A stretch of 64,000 nt of DNA from Caecitellus pseudoparvulus (lineage: Eukaryota; Protista; Bigyra: Bicosoecida), in contig CBFFRQ010000081.1 of the NCBI GenBank assembly GCA_965644315.1, positions 62,001 to 126,000 of the forward strand, written 5' to 3'. A model generated the notes under the pieces. The model ran no database searches and was not told the DNA's origin. It saw only the letters and a list, made by a program, of their open reading frames with translations. A program made the position numbers and the translations under genes. Position 1 is the stretch's first letter. Each line of letters starts with the position of its first letter. This document shows, in pieces, positions 41,843 through 54,300 of the stretch.

Positions 41843-42962
41843 ATGGACTTGCTTCGCACAGCTTGGAAGCATGCAGTGGAGAACCCTGTCACAACGGCAG
41901 TGGCCAGTACAGCTGGGTTGGTTGGAGCAGGCATTCTGACTGCGCACGCGCTGGGCCTGACGACTCTTGAGCATTCCCTGCCTGAGGCAGGTGAGTGGCC
42001 CTGCGTGCACGGCACGAGACGCTCGCCCGCGCACCCTGCCGAGCCCGCTGCAGGTGCACACCGCACGCCCTTCCCACCTCCCCTGTTGACCAGACTTTGA
42101 CAGTGACAGTGCCGCTCTGGGGGGGCAGTTCTTCAAGTCCTCTGCCACGGGGCTGCTCGTGTACAAGCATGCGTGGACTGTGCCTCAGCCCACAGGAGCA
42201 GTGCTCCTGCTGCACGGCGGTGGGGAGCACTGTGGACGATATGCGCATGTTGCGGCATTTCTCAACTCACGGGGCCTCTCTGTGTACAGCTTAGACCACG
42301 CAGGGCACGGCCGGTCAGAGGGTGACCGCATGCACACAGAGACATTCGACCACTACGTGCAGGACGCAGCTCAGCGCGCGCAAGACATGGCGGACGACCT
42401 GCCCAAGGGCCTGCCACTGTACCTCCTGGGGCACTCTGTGGGCGGCCTACTGGCTGTCCTCCTGCAGGCCGCTTGCCCGGGCCAGTTTCAAGCCGTCGCG
42501 GTCACAGGCCCTTGCATCGCGCTGGCCAGTGGCACAGACGACCCCGGCACGCGCATGGCATTGCCCCTGGCTGCAGCCGTTGTCCCCAAGGCCCGCATTG
42601 CGGGGCCGGCCCCGGATCTGCTGAGTCACGACCCTGCTGTGGTGGCGCAGTATCGGCGTGACCCACTGAACGCCACTTCCTGCACCTTGGCGTGGGTGCG
42701 AGCCCTCCTGCAGGCACAGGCCAGTGCACTGCACGAAGCAGCGCCGTGCGTCACAGCGCCAGTGCTCGTCTTGCACGGTGCTGAAGATGGCGTATGTGAC
42801 CCCCAAGGTAGCCAGGCGCTGGTGGAGGTGCTGGCAACGAAACACAAGGAGCTGCAGCTGGTGCAAGGCGGCCTGCACGAGATTCTCAATGATGAGGGGT
42901 TCGAAGATCATTTGCAGCGCATTGTGGACTGGTTTGAGGGGAGTGTTTCCTCCCAAACGTGA
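41843..42962 (+). CDS. Monoglyceride lipase/lysophospholipase-like alpha/beta hydrolase; intron at 41991-42093
   Basis: LLLHGGGEHCGRY, SLDHAGHGRSEG, nucleophile motif GHSVGG, LVLHGAEDGVCD, GGLHEILND; hydrophobic N-terminal exon. Confidence 0.9.
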
Positions 42963-43258
42963 CCTGCGCTGCGAGAGGTCCTCCGCCATCGCTTCCAGCT
43001 CAAGCGCTGGCATGTCGTGGCACCTCTCATGAGTGGATAAATCCACACAAAAGACTTGACTCCACCCCACCTCCTACTTGCGTGCACAGCCTCTCTCGGC
43101 TGTCCCCGACGAAACACTCCCTTGCTTGCTGCATTGGGCTGCTCGCGAAGTACCAAGTGCAGTGCAGCGCGAAACGCCAGCGCAACACGCCCAGCGCCGT
43201 AGCATCGGCTACCAGTTGCTGGAGTCCCCACGGCTGGGTCTCATGCAATCTACGTGTG

Positions 43259-45112
43259 ATGGCATCTTTTCAAGAACCTCAGACTGATGACTACCTCGGC
43301 CAGGTGGTCGAGTTTGGCAGCACCCGCGTGACACTGCAGGCAGTGCTTGCAGAGGGGGGCTTTGCCACAGTCTACAGCGCCGCCGACGAGGCTGGCACCA
43401 AGTACGTCGTAAAGAAAGTCATTGCAAGTGCACCTGAAGTTGAGCGCCAGACAGCACTGGAGGTCAAAGTGCACAGCGCGATGAAACACGAGCACATTGT
43501 GAAGCTGCTGGGCTGGCGCGCCTTCCCGCTGCCGAGCGGCGGCAAGACCTTCCTCTCCCTGCTGGAGTTCTGCCCGCACGGGGACTTACTGCAGCGCATG
43601 ACGGCTGCAACAGGCCCCCTCTCGCAGAACAGTGTCCTGAAGGTCCTCGTTGCCGTGTGCGGGGCTGTGGACCACCTGCACAGCGAGACGTCGCCCCCCG
43701 TCGCGCACCGCGACATCAAGCCCGAGAACATCCTTATCGGCGAGGGGGGCGTCCTGAAGCTGTGCGATTTCGGCAGCTTGAACGAGCATGCTGGCCCCGT
43801 GACCAAGGCTGACAGGGTGCAGGTGGAGGATGACATTCTGCGCTTCTGCACGCCGCAGTACCGCTCGCCCGAGCTGGTGGACACGTACAGCGGGCACGCT
43901 GTGGACAACCGCGTTGACATCTGGGCCATCGGCTGCCTTGCGTATGCCCTCATGTTCCAAGAACACCCCTTTGACATCACCTCCTCCTTGGCCATCCTGT
44001 CTGGCAAGTACTCAGTCCCTGCTCGGCACACTTACGCTCGTGAGTTGCTGCTGGCTCTGGACTGTTGCCTGGCCCTGGACCCCGAACACAGGCCGACGGC
44101 AGGCTCTTTGCACGAGTATTTCCGCGCCCTGGAGGCAGGGGTAACCCCCCTGCCGCCCCTCGTCGCTGCCAACGGCGACCGCGCTGTCCCACAAGCTCAG
44201 GAGGAGAGTTTCGCGGACAGGGACACTCACAGGCATGTTGGCCCGCGCAAGCACAGACACGCCGCCCCGGCTGCCGTCGTGAAGACGGACGCCTCCAGCG
44301 CCGCCCTGCAGCGTGTGCTGGCAGCGCGTGGAGTGTCCGTGCAGCAGCCTGCCCAGCCAGCGTCTGCTCCCGACTCGCCTGGGGATGCCTTCGACCCCTT
44401 CACATCCCAGGCCCCAGCCCCAACACCTGCCCCTGCTCCTGCTCCTGCGGTCCAGGCGCAGCACAGCCCGGTGTGGGGTGGCGATGGAGACGACCCCTTC
44501 GCTTCCATGCCAGGTGCCGCCCCTGCTGCCAGCGGAGGTGCCGCAGAGGCTGATGCGAGCACAGCTCCGGGACTGTTTGGAGACGACCCGTTCGGGGCGC
44601 CACTGGAAAGCACCTCCGCACCTGCACCTGCGCCCGTCGAGCAGGATGCGTGGGGTGCCGGCGATGACCCGTTTGGCATGCCAGAGGCAGCGGCTGCCAC
44701 CCCCTCCGGCGCGCCCACCTCGGCTTCGGAACTTGCAACCCAGCAAACACAGCACACGCCTAGCAGACAGGCCCCGCGGCCTCCCAGCGTCGCATCGCAG
44801 TCAGAGGAGTCGGGAGACGATGATTTGCTGGCTGGGGCACAGCCATCAACTCCAGCAACCACTGGCACCGCCCCACAAGGCAGCGTGCCTGTGCCGCAGG
44901 CTTATGGCGCGCCTGCAGGCTATGGTTACGGCCAGCACCCAGGATATGCACCTGGCTTCGCCCCTAGAGGGCATCCAGGTGGCTATGGGTATACCCAGCC
45001 TCCCCAGCAGCCCCTCACAGCTGCAAGTCGGATTTCTGCCATGGGGCCTGTGCCGGGTGGGTACGCGTATGGGCGCCCTCCTGCCCAGGGTGCGTACTAC
45101 GGGTACAGGTGA
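43259..45112 (+). CDS. NAK-family (AAK1/GAK-like) Ser/Thr kinase with a DPF-motif tail
   Basis: LAEGGFATVY, PPVAHRDIKPENIL, KLCDFGS, TPQYRSPELVD, DIWAIGCLAY; disordered tail with FDPF and three DDPF AP-2-binding-type motifs. Confidence 0.9.
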   Translation: MASFQEPQTDDYLGQVVEFGSTRVTLQAVLAEGGFATVYSAADEAGTKYVVKKVIASAPEVERQTALEVKVHSAMKHEHIVKLLGWRAFPLPSGGKTFLSLLEFCPHGDLLQRMTAATGPLSQNSVLKVLVAVCGAVDHLHSETSPPVAHRDIKPENILIGEGGVLKLCDFGSLNEHAGPVTKADRVQVEDDILRFCTPQYRSPELVDTYSGHAVDNRVDIWAIGCLAYALMFQEHPFDITSSLAILSGKYSVPARHTYARELLLALDCCLALDPEHRPTAGSLHEYFRALEAGVTPLPPLVAANGDRAVPQAQEESFADRDTHRHVGPRKHRHAAPAAVVKTDASSAALQRVLAARGVSVQQPAQPASAPDSPGDAFDPFTSQAPAPTPAPAPAPAVQAQHSPVWGGDGDDPFASMPGAAPAASGGAAEADASTAPGLFGDDPFGAPLESTSAPAPAPVEQDAWGAGDDPFGMPEAAAATPSGAPTSASELATQQTQHTPSRQAPRPPSVASQSEESGDDDLLAGAQPSTPATTGTAPQGSVPVPQAYGAPAGYGYGQHPGYAPGFAPRGHPGGYGYTQPPQQPLTAASRISAMGPVPGGYAYGRPPAQGAYYGYR

Positions 45113-45196
45113 GGAGATAATGCAATGAATTGGAAAGAACGACGTGGGCTGGGTCGCGGAGAACGGGGCACATGGGCAGGCTGCCAGCGCGCAGCG

Positions 45197-48087
45197 TCAC
45201 TGGCCCTGCTTGCGCAGGCGTGCGTTCTCGGCCTTGAGAGCCTCCAGCTCACGGCGGATGCGGGCCAACTCCGGCTCCGCCTGGGACTCTGCAGAGGCTG
45301 ACGGCTCGCTCTCCCCCGGCCCCATCACCGCAGACGGCTCAGGCTCAGGCTCGTCCTCGCCCAGCGCCCCACTCGCCTTGCCGTGAGCGTTGTCCGTCGC
45401 TGCAGCCGCCACCGGCCCCTCCTCTTCAGCGGGCGGTCCCGACCCGCCACCACCCGCTGCAGCTGCCGCGACACTGGTGCTAGTGGGCGCTGTGCCTGCC
45501 GGTGCGGCACTGGTGGCGCCCGATATCGCTGGGCGAGGCGTGCCCAGAGCCCTGCCTCCGCGACGAGCTGTCGCTGCGCCATGGGCGTCGGAGGACAGGT
45601 GAGCCGAAGCTGCACGTGCAACCGACTCGTGGCCTGTGGGCGCCACCTTGCCGGGTCCAGAGGAGGAGGAGGGCGCGCTGGGCGGCGCCTTGGCAGAGGG
45701 CACCGCCTCGAACTCCTCGCTCAGAGTGTACAGCTGCCCCAGCATGGAGGACATCTTGGTCAGGTCTGGGCGGTTGCCGTCCAGGCGGAAGCAGGAGGAG
45801 GGAATGCCCAGCTGGGCCAGGCTGACCTGCATGGGCCCAGTGGTCACGCTGGTGGGCAGGAAGGACACGAAGAACACACGGGCACCAGCGTGCACGTCCT
45901 TGCGGTACTGCCGGAACAGCTGGGCGAAGCTGGAGCCCTGGCTGGTGCCATTCTCCTCCTCGTCGGTCACCATGACGAACAAGTCGATGGGGGTGCCCTC
46001 ATCGTAGTACTTGCGCAGGCCCGCGGCAGGGGCGGTGGTGCCAGTTGCAGGCGTGCCCGTGGACACCTTGAGCACGTCGGCAGCAGAGCGAGGCTGCAGG
46101 GGGGACGGCCGCACCGCCTCGTCGAAGAAGTCCAGTCGGGCGTCCAGCACCACCGACAGCAGCGAGCCCAGGATGCTGGCTGTCCGAATAGCCACCTCCA
46201 TGCTGCCAGAGGCGTCGCCCAGCACTGCCACGCGCAAGCCCCGCTTGGGGGATGCCGCCGCCAGCGCGGTCAGCTGCTGCTCCGCGAAGGGTGCCAGCAA
46301 GGAAGCAAAGGCGTACCCCCTGGAGGTGAACTCCAGGTACCGCTCCATGAGCTTGCCGAAGTTGATGTCGTACTGGCCTTGAGACAGGTCCACATCCCCC
46401 TGCCCCAGGCGGGCCATGACCGCCGCCTCGGCGCCGGGGCAGTGCAGCTCCTCGTACCACCACAGCACCTCTCCCAGGGGAGCGTGGGCTGCAAACCATG
46501 CCTTGGTGGCGGGGTGCATGGCTGCGGGGTCCACCTTGCGGTGCACGAAGGAGTACATGTTGGCGATCTCGGGCCAGGATGTGGTCATGGCCGTTAGCGT
46601 CTGAGGGCTCAGCGTCTCCAGCTGGCGCACGACGCTGTCCTGGGGCACGGCGTCCATGCCTGTGAAGACCACCGCCGCAAAGTAGGGCAGGGCCAGGTTG
46701 GCGGGCTTCACGTGGGCGATCTTGAAGATGTCCCGCCACACAGACAGGGCAGCAGTCACATCCGCCCCTGCCGCCGACAGCTGCAGCAGCAAGTACTCCA
46801 GGCGCTCACGGGGCACCGCGGCGGCCCACCGGCACACCCGCTTGCACAGGGAGGAAGTGACAGTGCGGGAGTTCTCAGACGCCTCCAGCAGGATGTGGTG
46901 GCGGGACCGGGCGGCGGCGGAGTACGCGGCACTGGCAGGGCGCATGGACACCAGCCCCGCCTCCTCTGGTGCCAGCGTGGTCAGCACGTCCGACAGCGCC
47001 CCAGGCCGGCGCTCCACTGCCGCCTGCACCACAGCCCGTGCCGAGGCAGGCACGAAAGCGGAGCCATCTGCCGTCACGTGTACCTCGTCGTCATCGTCCC
47101 CTGGGAGGGGGGCCTCGCCCCGCTCCGCACGCCAAGCTGCGCGCCCAGTCTTCAGCATGGCGCGGGCTGACGTCACCGCTGCCCTGCGTGCAGCTGGCGT
47201 GGTGTAGGCACTGGGACCCCACGTGGCAGTGGCCTCCGCCTCGCCGCTGGAGGGCATGTCGTAGGCGTTGATCGGCGCGGCGTCGGAAGACGCAGCTGCC
47301 GGGGCGGCTGCTCCCTGCTGCCCCGGCTTCTCCACGCGGCGAAGAGCATCCAGGGGGAAGTGCCCCTTGGCAGCCCGGCGCTGCAGGGCGGAGCGGTTCA
47401 TGCGCCGCAGCAGGGCGCGGGCGGCCCGCACGCCGTCCAGGAGGGACAGCGCCTTGGCCAGCACTGGGGCATCCATGAACGTGGCGTCCTCCATCAAGTC
47501 ATCAAAAGCGTCTGCCTCGCCTGCTCCCCAGCATGCAGCGAGAATGCGCCCGCGAATGGGCACGGCGATGGCGATGTTGTTGTCCAGGCGCGAGTTCACC
47601 TCCTTGAAGTATGCCTGCGGATGAAGGAGGGGCGGCAATGCATGCAAAGCGTATGGAAGGCGGGCAGAGTGCAGCACGCACTGCGCGGTCTTGGCGGATG
47701 TGCTGCAAGTGGTCCACGAAGGACGCGTTGGCGTCATACAGCAGTTGCCGGATGGCGTGAGCCTTCGCGGCCTCGGAGCTAACCTCCTTGCCAGCCAGAC
47801 CAGGCCCTGAAGGCAGCTTCGGGAGGTCCTTGCCCTTCTCTACACTGCAGTACTCGCAGTCTGAGGAACCAGGGAGCGCGAGCAATGATGTGGTGCGGTG
47901 TACGGCGCAGGCATGGTTGGCGTGGTGGGTTGGCGTGGTGGCACGTGATGTCGGCACGTGTTCCTCGGTCGCCGACCCGCACCACCTTCACACAGTACTC
48001 ACACGGCATGAATTCGCTGTTTCGAAATGCGCACACCCTGCACTTCCAGCCGCCCACTGCTCCTCCGTGCTCCCAAGCAGCAGCCAT
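45197..48087 (-). CDS. RanBP2-type zinc finger + TROVE-like helical region + vWA domain protein; 3 exons
   Basis: Spliced N-terminus WKCRVCAFRNSEFMPYCEYC (W-x-C-x2-C-x3-N-x6-C-x2-C). WRDIFKIAHVKP helical region. vWA MIDAS-type motifs VAVLGDASGSM, GTTAPAA, DLFVMVTDEEEN. Short C-terminal coiled coil. Introns at 47861-48002 and about 47615-47680. Confidence 0.7.
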
Positions 48088-48356
48088 GGCGAAGCGGACG
48101 AGGTGGCTCTCGATCTGTCGCTGGCTTGCTGGCCAACGGTGGTTCACTAGCGTGAATAAAATCTTCACGAACACCGACAAACAAAGGCGTGGGCAATGAG
48201 AGAGAATGGTACGGACTCTTATTGTGCCACTTCGGAAGCTGTTGCTTCGCTGCGTTGCCTGCATCCTGGAAAATCGCACCCCCCTTGACAAGGAGAGAAC
48301 AGCTGCATTGAAAGTGGGCAGCAAGCGTATTCACAATCAGAAATGCCACATGCACA

Positions 48357-51300
48357 CTACACAAGCTTTCTCGAGCTGCCACGAGTGGTGGGTCGCCCCA
48401 GCAGCTTGTTGGATGACTTTGCGTGAGCCACGCTACTCAGCAAACTCGTTCGCCTTGCCTGTGCCTTGCCGTCCGCGAGGGCTGCGACTCGGGAGGAGCG
48501 ATTTGCCGCGCCGGACGGACCCTTTCGGGCGGGCACTGGGTCGTGCGTGAGCTTGTCTGACACTTGTTCGAGCGAACCTGTAAAGCTCGGGCCTGACCGC
48601 AGCGGGTTGGCTGTCAAGATGTCCCTGCTCTCAGGGAGCGAGGAAAGAGTGTCAGGACTGCCAGCGGGCAATGCAGGAGGAGCACTGCCCCCTTTCGAGG
48701 GCTTCTTGCTGCTTGCCATGGAAGCATTGGGGTTGCGGGCTTGGGTGACCTTGGCAATGGAGCTCACCGTCACGGAGCGCGTCTTCTTCGCGCCAACCTG
48801 GGGCGGCGGCTTCAAGAAGAAGTACACAAACATGAGGAAAACACACAGGTGCAGTGCCAGCAGCATGTACCCTACACCATTTACGACGATTGCTGAGATG
48901 CCACCCGACACACCCTCTGCCTTGGCTGACTCGTCGCCGATCCCGTTGACCAGGGACATGGACATCATCTGCGCGAAGGCAACGGAACTCAGCGACACGG
49001 TCTCAACTTGGTTGTACAGCAGCACAGTGTACGGGAGGAAGGCAAGGTGGAAACATAGCGCAGTTGTGGTCACCAGGATGCTGCCCATGAGCTGCAGCTG
49101 CGGCTCAGAAATGCTACGCACGACGGCCACAAGTGCGAAGTTGCGCAGCATGATGACCGCCTGCCACGCGAACGTGCCGTGGTCGGCGTCGAAGCCATCG
49201 AAGAGCGCCCCCATGAGCGAGTAGATCTGGGGATCATACAGCGCCTTGCGGTTCTTGTACAGGATGAAAGCAAAGAGGGCGGGGGTGCCCAGGCAGACGG
49301 TGATGACTAGCACGACAGATGCTGACACCGCTGCAAGGTGGGTCGGTGTGCCACACTGCACGTTCAAGTCTGCAGTCAAGTATCGTACGCCGTTCACCGG
49401 CGCAGTGCATGAAAACACGGCTACGACTGCTCGAGCGAAGGAGTTGTACGTCAGGTACAGCAACACCAGCAGAGGGGGCACAATTTCTCTCCGATGGAAC
49501 AAGCTCTCCCATGACCTCAGCCGCGCTTGTCTGAGAATGGCCCCCTCCTTGAAGCGCCGCACCTGGTACGCGACGGCTCGCACCAGCGGGTGTCCCTTCT
49601 TCTTCGCAGAACTGCTGGCAGCTCCCACAGCTGCAGCCGCTGCTTGGTTGGACGCGGCAGTGCGGCCTGTGCGCATGGACAGCCGGCGTGGGGGCGGGGC
49701 GGGTGCGCCAGCCGGTGCTGGCTCTGCTTTGCTGACGGATGTGGTCTTCACCACAGCTGCGATGCGCTGCGCAGCCTCATCCTGGGCTTTCTCGTCCGTT
49801 GCACCATCGCGGTCGATGTTCAGGCGCTGAATGTGATCCTTGATGAGGTGCTCAGGGACAGGCGGCGGTTCATCGCCATAGCGGACTCGGGAGTACGCGA
49901 CGAAGCTTACTTGGGCAATGACTGACACCAAGCACACCAGCACAGGGAACACCAGCCCAAGAGCATACTGCGTGAAGAAGCTATCCGGAAAGAAGCACTG
50001 GAAGGTCGGAAGCTGCATGAAGCTGCCGGATGCGGCGTCAGAGGAGGAGAACAGGGTGCGGATGGCGGAGTTGAACTCCACTTGCAACAGGTTCATGCTG
50101 CTCACCAGCTGCAGGTGGTTCAGCAGCAAGCGCAGGATGATCTTTCGCGGAGAGCGCCGGCCAAAGTTCTGGCAGATGGAGAAGAACGTGATGAGCAGGC
50201 CCATCAGTAGCGCAGTCACCACTGCAATGGCAGTGAGGGACGGCAGGTCCAAACACTCCGCACACCCATCCACCTCCCGCGTGTACCCGAACCCTTCATG
50301 CGGATCGCATGCGCCGCAAAATGCTCCCCGGTACCCCGTCTCGCATGTCAAGCGAAGTTGCTCACTGTCAGCTTTGCAGACATCTTGGAAGTAGCAGGCA
50401 AATGTCGCAAACTCCCCTTCAAGGATGCGCTCAAGGCGACTAGCCATCTCCACCTGGCGAGGCTGAAAACCATCAGAGGTGTTGGCAGAGGCGGGAGGAA
50501 GCGCTGGCAGGTCGTGCAGGGCAGGGAAGTATATGCGGCCGAGGAGCGAAGCCACACCCGAGACGCACGAGACGCCAAAAGGGCACGCAGTGCACTGCAC
50601 AGGGCCCACGTATCCCGATCCGCTACTGTTGGCGCGCAAGTACGACATCTGCCCAGAAGGGCAGAGAAGGCACGCTGCCTGGCCGTCAGTTGGGGAATAC
50701 TCCCCATTGGAGCACTGCTCACATGGTGCGCCTGCTTCAGCGGCAGCGCCAGGGGGGCACGTCTGGCAGCTGACCCCACCTGGCGCTGCCTGCTGGCCAC
50801 CTGGACAAGCCGTGCAAGCTTCCTGGCCAGGACCAGACACCAGACCGGGTGGACAAGGCGTACAGGAGGCGGCCCCTTCCTCGTCGGAGTAAGTCCCTGC
50901 AGGACACGGCTCACATACGTCAAAGCTGGGGCGCGCTGAGAAGGCACCTGGTGGGCAGGAAGCACACTCGCCTTGGGCATTCAGCCCGCTGCTGCTAGCG
51001 CAGGGGCCCATACTGACAGATTGCCGGAGGGGGGCGATGGATGAACTGTCGCCGTCGGCGGTGAAATCGAAGCGAGGGCTGGGGATGCGGCTTCGCACGA
51101 CGAGACCAACGAACGTCGCAAGCCCAGTCACCGGGTCTGCCAAGGCAGTTGTCACCCCTGCCACAGATGCATCCGCGGCATCCACGTCCGCAATGGCAAC
51201 CCGCACCGTCACAGCCGGCAGGTTTAAGCCTGGGACCTGGGTCAGAGTCGGGTTCCCGTCGCTGTCCAGCAGCTGAACCGATATGGAGTCTGTCGCTGAG

Positions 51301-54300
51301 CTTGCTACGCCCGCCACAGGGCGTGTGTTGTCACTCAAGCCAAGCTGGGTGGGCCGATTCAAAGCCTGAGACGGGGTGCTGGAGGTACGGGCTGGCGGGT
51401 CAACAATGTCCAGTTGCCCGCCAGTGGCGATGACGTCAACCCGCATGACCCGCTGCGCAGATGCATCCTCAGCGTGGGCCGTCGCGGTGTTGTCAGAGAT
51501 GGCCGTGGAGGCAGCTGAGGCGGCGCTGGTCAGCGAGCCCACAGCTGCTTGAAGCGCGAGCACCACTCCGCCCCCAGTGTTGTTTGCAATGGTGGAGTTT
51601 GCTAGCTCAACGGCGTAACCTGGTGACACATCACTGTACAGGGCACCGCCGACTCTAGGTGCTAGGAATCGAGTTGTCCCCGCCTGAGCCTGCCTCCCAA
51701 GGAAAGCACTTGCGCCGCTCTGATCGGGATCACAGCGACTTCGCATTGCTGTGTTCAGGCCCTGAGCGACCAAGAATGCGTCTTCGACGCTCTCAGTTGA
51801 AGAGAGCTCGTCCGAGAAAGTGGATGCAGCAGCGACAGCCAAGCTAGGGACGCAGTTCCGGCGCAGGTCGCCGCTGCGCAGCCTCAGGGACGATGAGCCC
51901 CGGACGGAGACGACGGCACCTGAGTCCCCCGCCATGTTCTCTCCAAGCTCTGCTTTGGCGGCTTGCAGATCCGCTGTGTCCACAAGTAGAACACACCCAT
52001 CACTGGCAGTGCCGACGCCACCGTGGGAGCTAGCCACGTTGCCTGACGTGGGCCCCGTGCCAGTGCCTGGCAACCATTGCACCAGGGCGTCTGCACAGAA
52101 CACCCCACCTCCATGCTGCGCAGTGTTGTTGCGGAAGGCGACGCTGCCAAGGAAGAGGGCAGTGACGCTCCCTGCGTCCGCCGGCGAAAGCGGGCCAGAC
52201 ACTGAGGCGGACATGAGGGAGGCTGCTTCGGCCGCCGCGAGGCTTGTCGCGCCTTCCACGAACACGCCACCACCTCGTCCGCCTGCGACATTGCGTTCGA
52301 AGGAAGCATCTGAAACTTCAAAGGCTGTGCCGAGAGCGGCGGTGAGCTGCAAACCACCCCCGTCACCTGCACGCGCAACGTTGCACTGGAACGCGGTTCG
52401 GGTGAAGGAGGCAGCAGTGGGGAACTGCAACGTGCCCCCGGCACCTTCGCGGGCCGAGTTCCCCCACAGCGTCCCGCCCGACACGCTGAGGCTGTCGCCA
52501 GAGCGCAGGTCCAAACCGCCAGCGGAGCTGCCAGCTTCGTTCGCGACAAAGTTGCTGTCGGTGAAGTTGGCAGTTGAAAGGATGGAGGTAAACCCACCGC
52601 CTCGGGCGGCATCGTTGAAGCACATGGATGCTCCGACCAGCTCCACTTCAGACAGGAGCGAGAAGATTGCCCCGCCTTCCGTGGCAGCAGAGTTTTCCAC
52701 AACGGAGAACCCCGCCGAAGCTCGCCCACTACACTTCTCCTGGAATGCCGGATCCAAGCTTGCACACGTGGCCGCCCCCATACCAGCACCACTGAATGTA
52801 TCCGGTAGGGAGCTGCCCAAGTACGCTCTCTCGAGGTAGACAGCTCCACCGCGGGTCTTTGCGGTGTTGTTGTGAAGCAGCACTGCCCCAGACACTTGCA
52901 CCTTTGAGCCGCTTGACACTGCAAGAGCCCCCCCAGACTCGGCTAATCCCTGGGCAAGCACCACCCTTGGGCTGGACATGCTACCTTTCCAGCTTCCAGC
53001 GTCACCCCCAAGCAGCATGAGCTCTGAGCTGTCATCCAAGGCAAAAGCCCCACCGAATGACGCCTCAGATCCTAGCACCAGCACACTTTCGCCGGGAAGA
53101 GATGCCCTGACAGTCGCAGAGCTGCCTCGCAAATGCACGGCGCCGCCTCGAGACTCTGTTCCGCTCGTCGGCACAGCCTTGGCACCCACAATGAGCGATG
53201 CGCCTTGGATGGTGAGCTGCGCGCCATTTTGAGCAAAGACTGCCGCGCCTGGCCCCATGACGCCCTGCAGCAAGCTGTCCTCCACGACCAAGCTACCGCC
53301 TGACAGGCTGGCAAGAGTGCCCGCTTCTGAGCCTGCCAGCCCACCTGCAGAGCTCCGCACCTGGTGCACATGCGACTGTGACAGGGTCAGATTGCTGCCT
53401 GCGCCGACGGCGAAGGCAGACGCAGTGAGCGAGGCGGGCGAACTGGCATGCGACACGTTTCGGAATGCGGTCTGGGTGACCTGTGCTGTGCAGCTTTCCA
53501 CAGTCAGGATGCTCGCCGGGGCGCCTGGCGCCGCAAGCGTGTCAGACACGAGCACACGGCGCAAGTCCACTCTTGCAAGGTCGCCAAGCGAACCCTTACA
53601 GCGCAGCAAGGGTGTCGAGCTTGCGGCCCCCGTCCCCTTGATATGCAGCTGCGCAAGTTGCAGCGATGCGCCAGCTGTGACGGACAGGAACGTCTCACCC
53701 GCACCAACCTGCACTACAGGGACGCTTGCCACTGTCGCTGAGGTCGCAGGAGTCAGGAAGCCCGAGAAGCCATTCGCCGTCGGATGCAGCCAGGAGGCAG
53801 GGATGGAAGGCAAGCTGGACCCGACTGTGCCGGGCGCGCTGGTCGAGCTGCTCAGGTTGACGGAGGCGGCACTCTGCGGAGTAGCGCCCAGCACTCCGAA
53901 CGGAGCAGTGTCAGACGCCTGCGGAACTAGGGTGAGATCCGGCGTCGCTGCTTCCAACACAGTGCGTCTGTTCGGCCTGATCTCCAAACCTGCGTTGCCT
54001 GCTCCCTCATACGTCCCGGGGAGCAGCGCAATGGTGTCCCCTGAAGCTGACAGCTGCAAGGCGCGCCCAATGCTGCCACACGGATTCCCCAGTGCACCGC
54101 AGCAGCCACTGGAGGTGGTAGCAGAGGACGCTGCGACAAACCAACGCGTCACTTGCGCCGAGGCGGCAGAGCAAATGTCAGAGAAGTTCCCAGCCTGCAG
54201 CTGTGCAACGTTGGGGAAGACCCGCAAGGCGCATTCCCCAGCTGAGCAGGCAACATCGACGCCTGCATCTTGTTCTGCTTCATTTCCTGAGATCGCCGTT

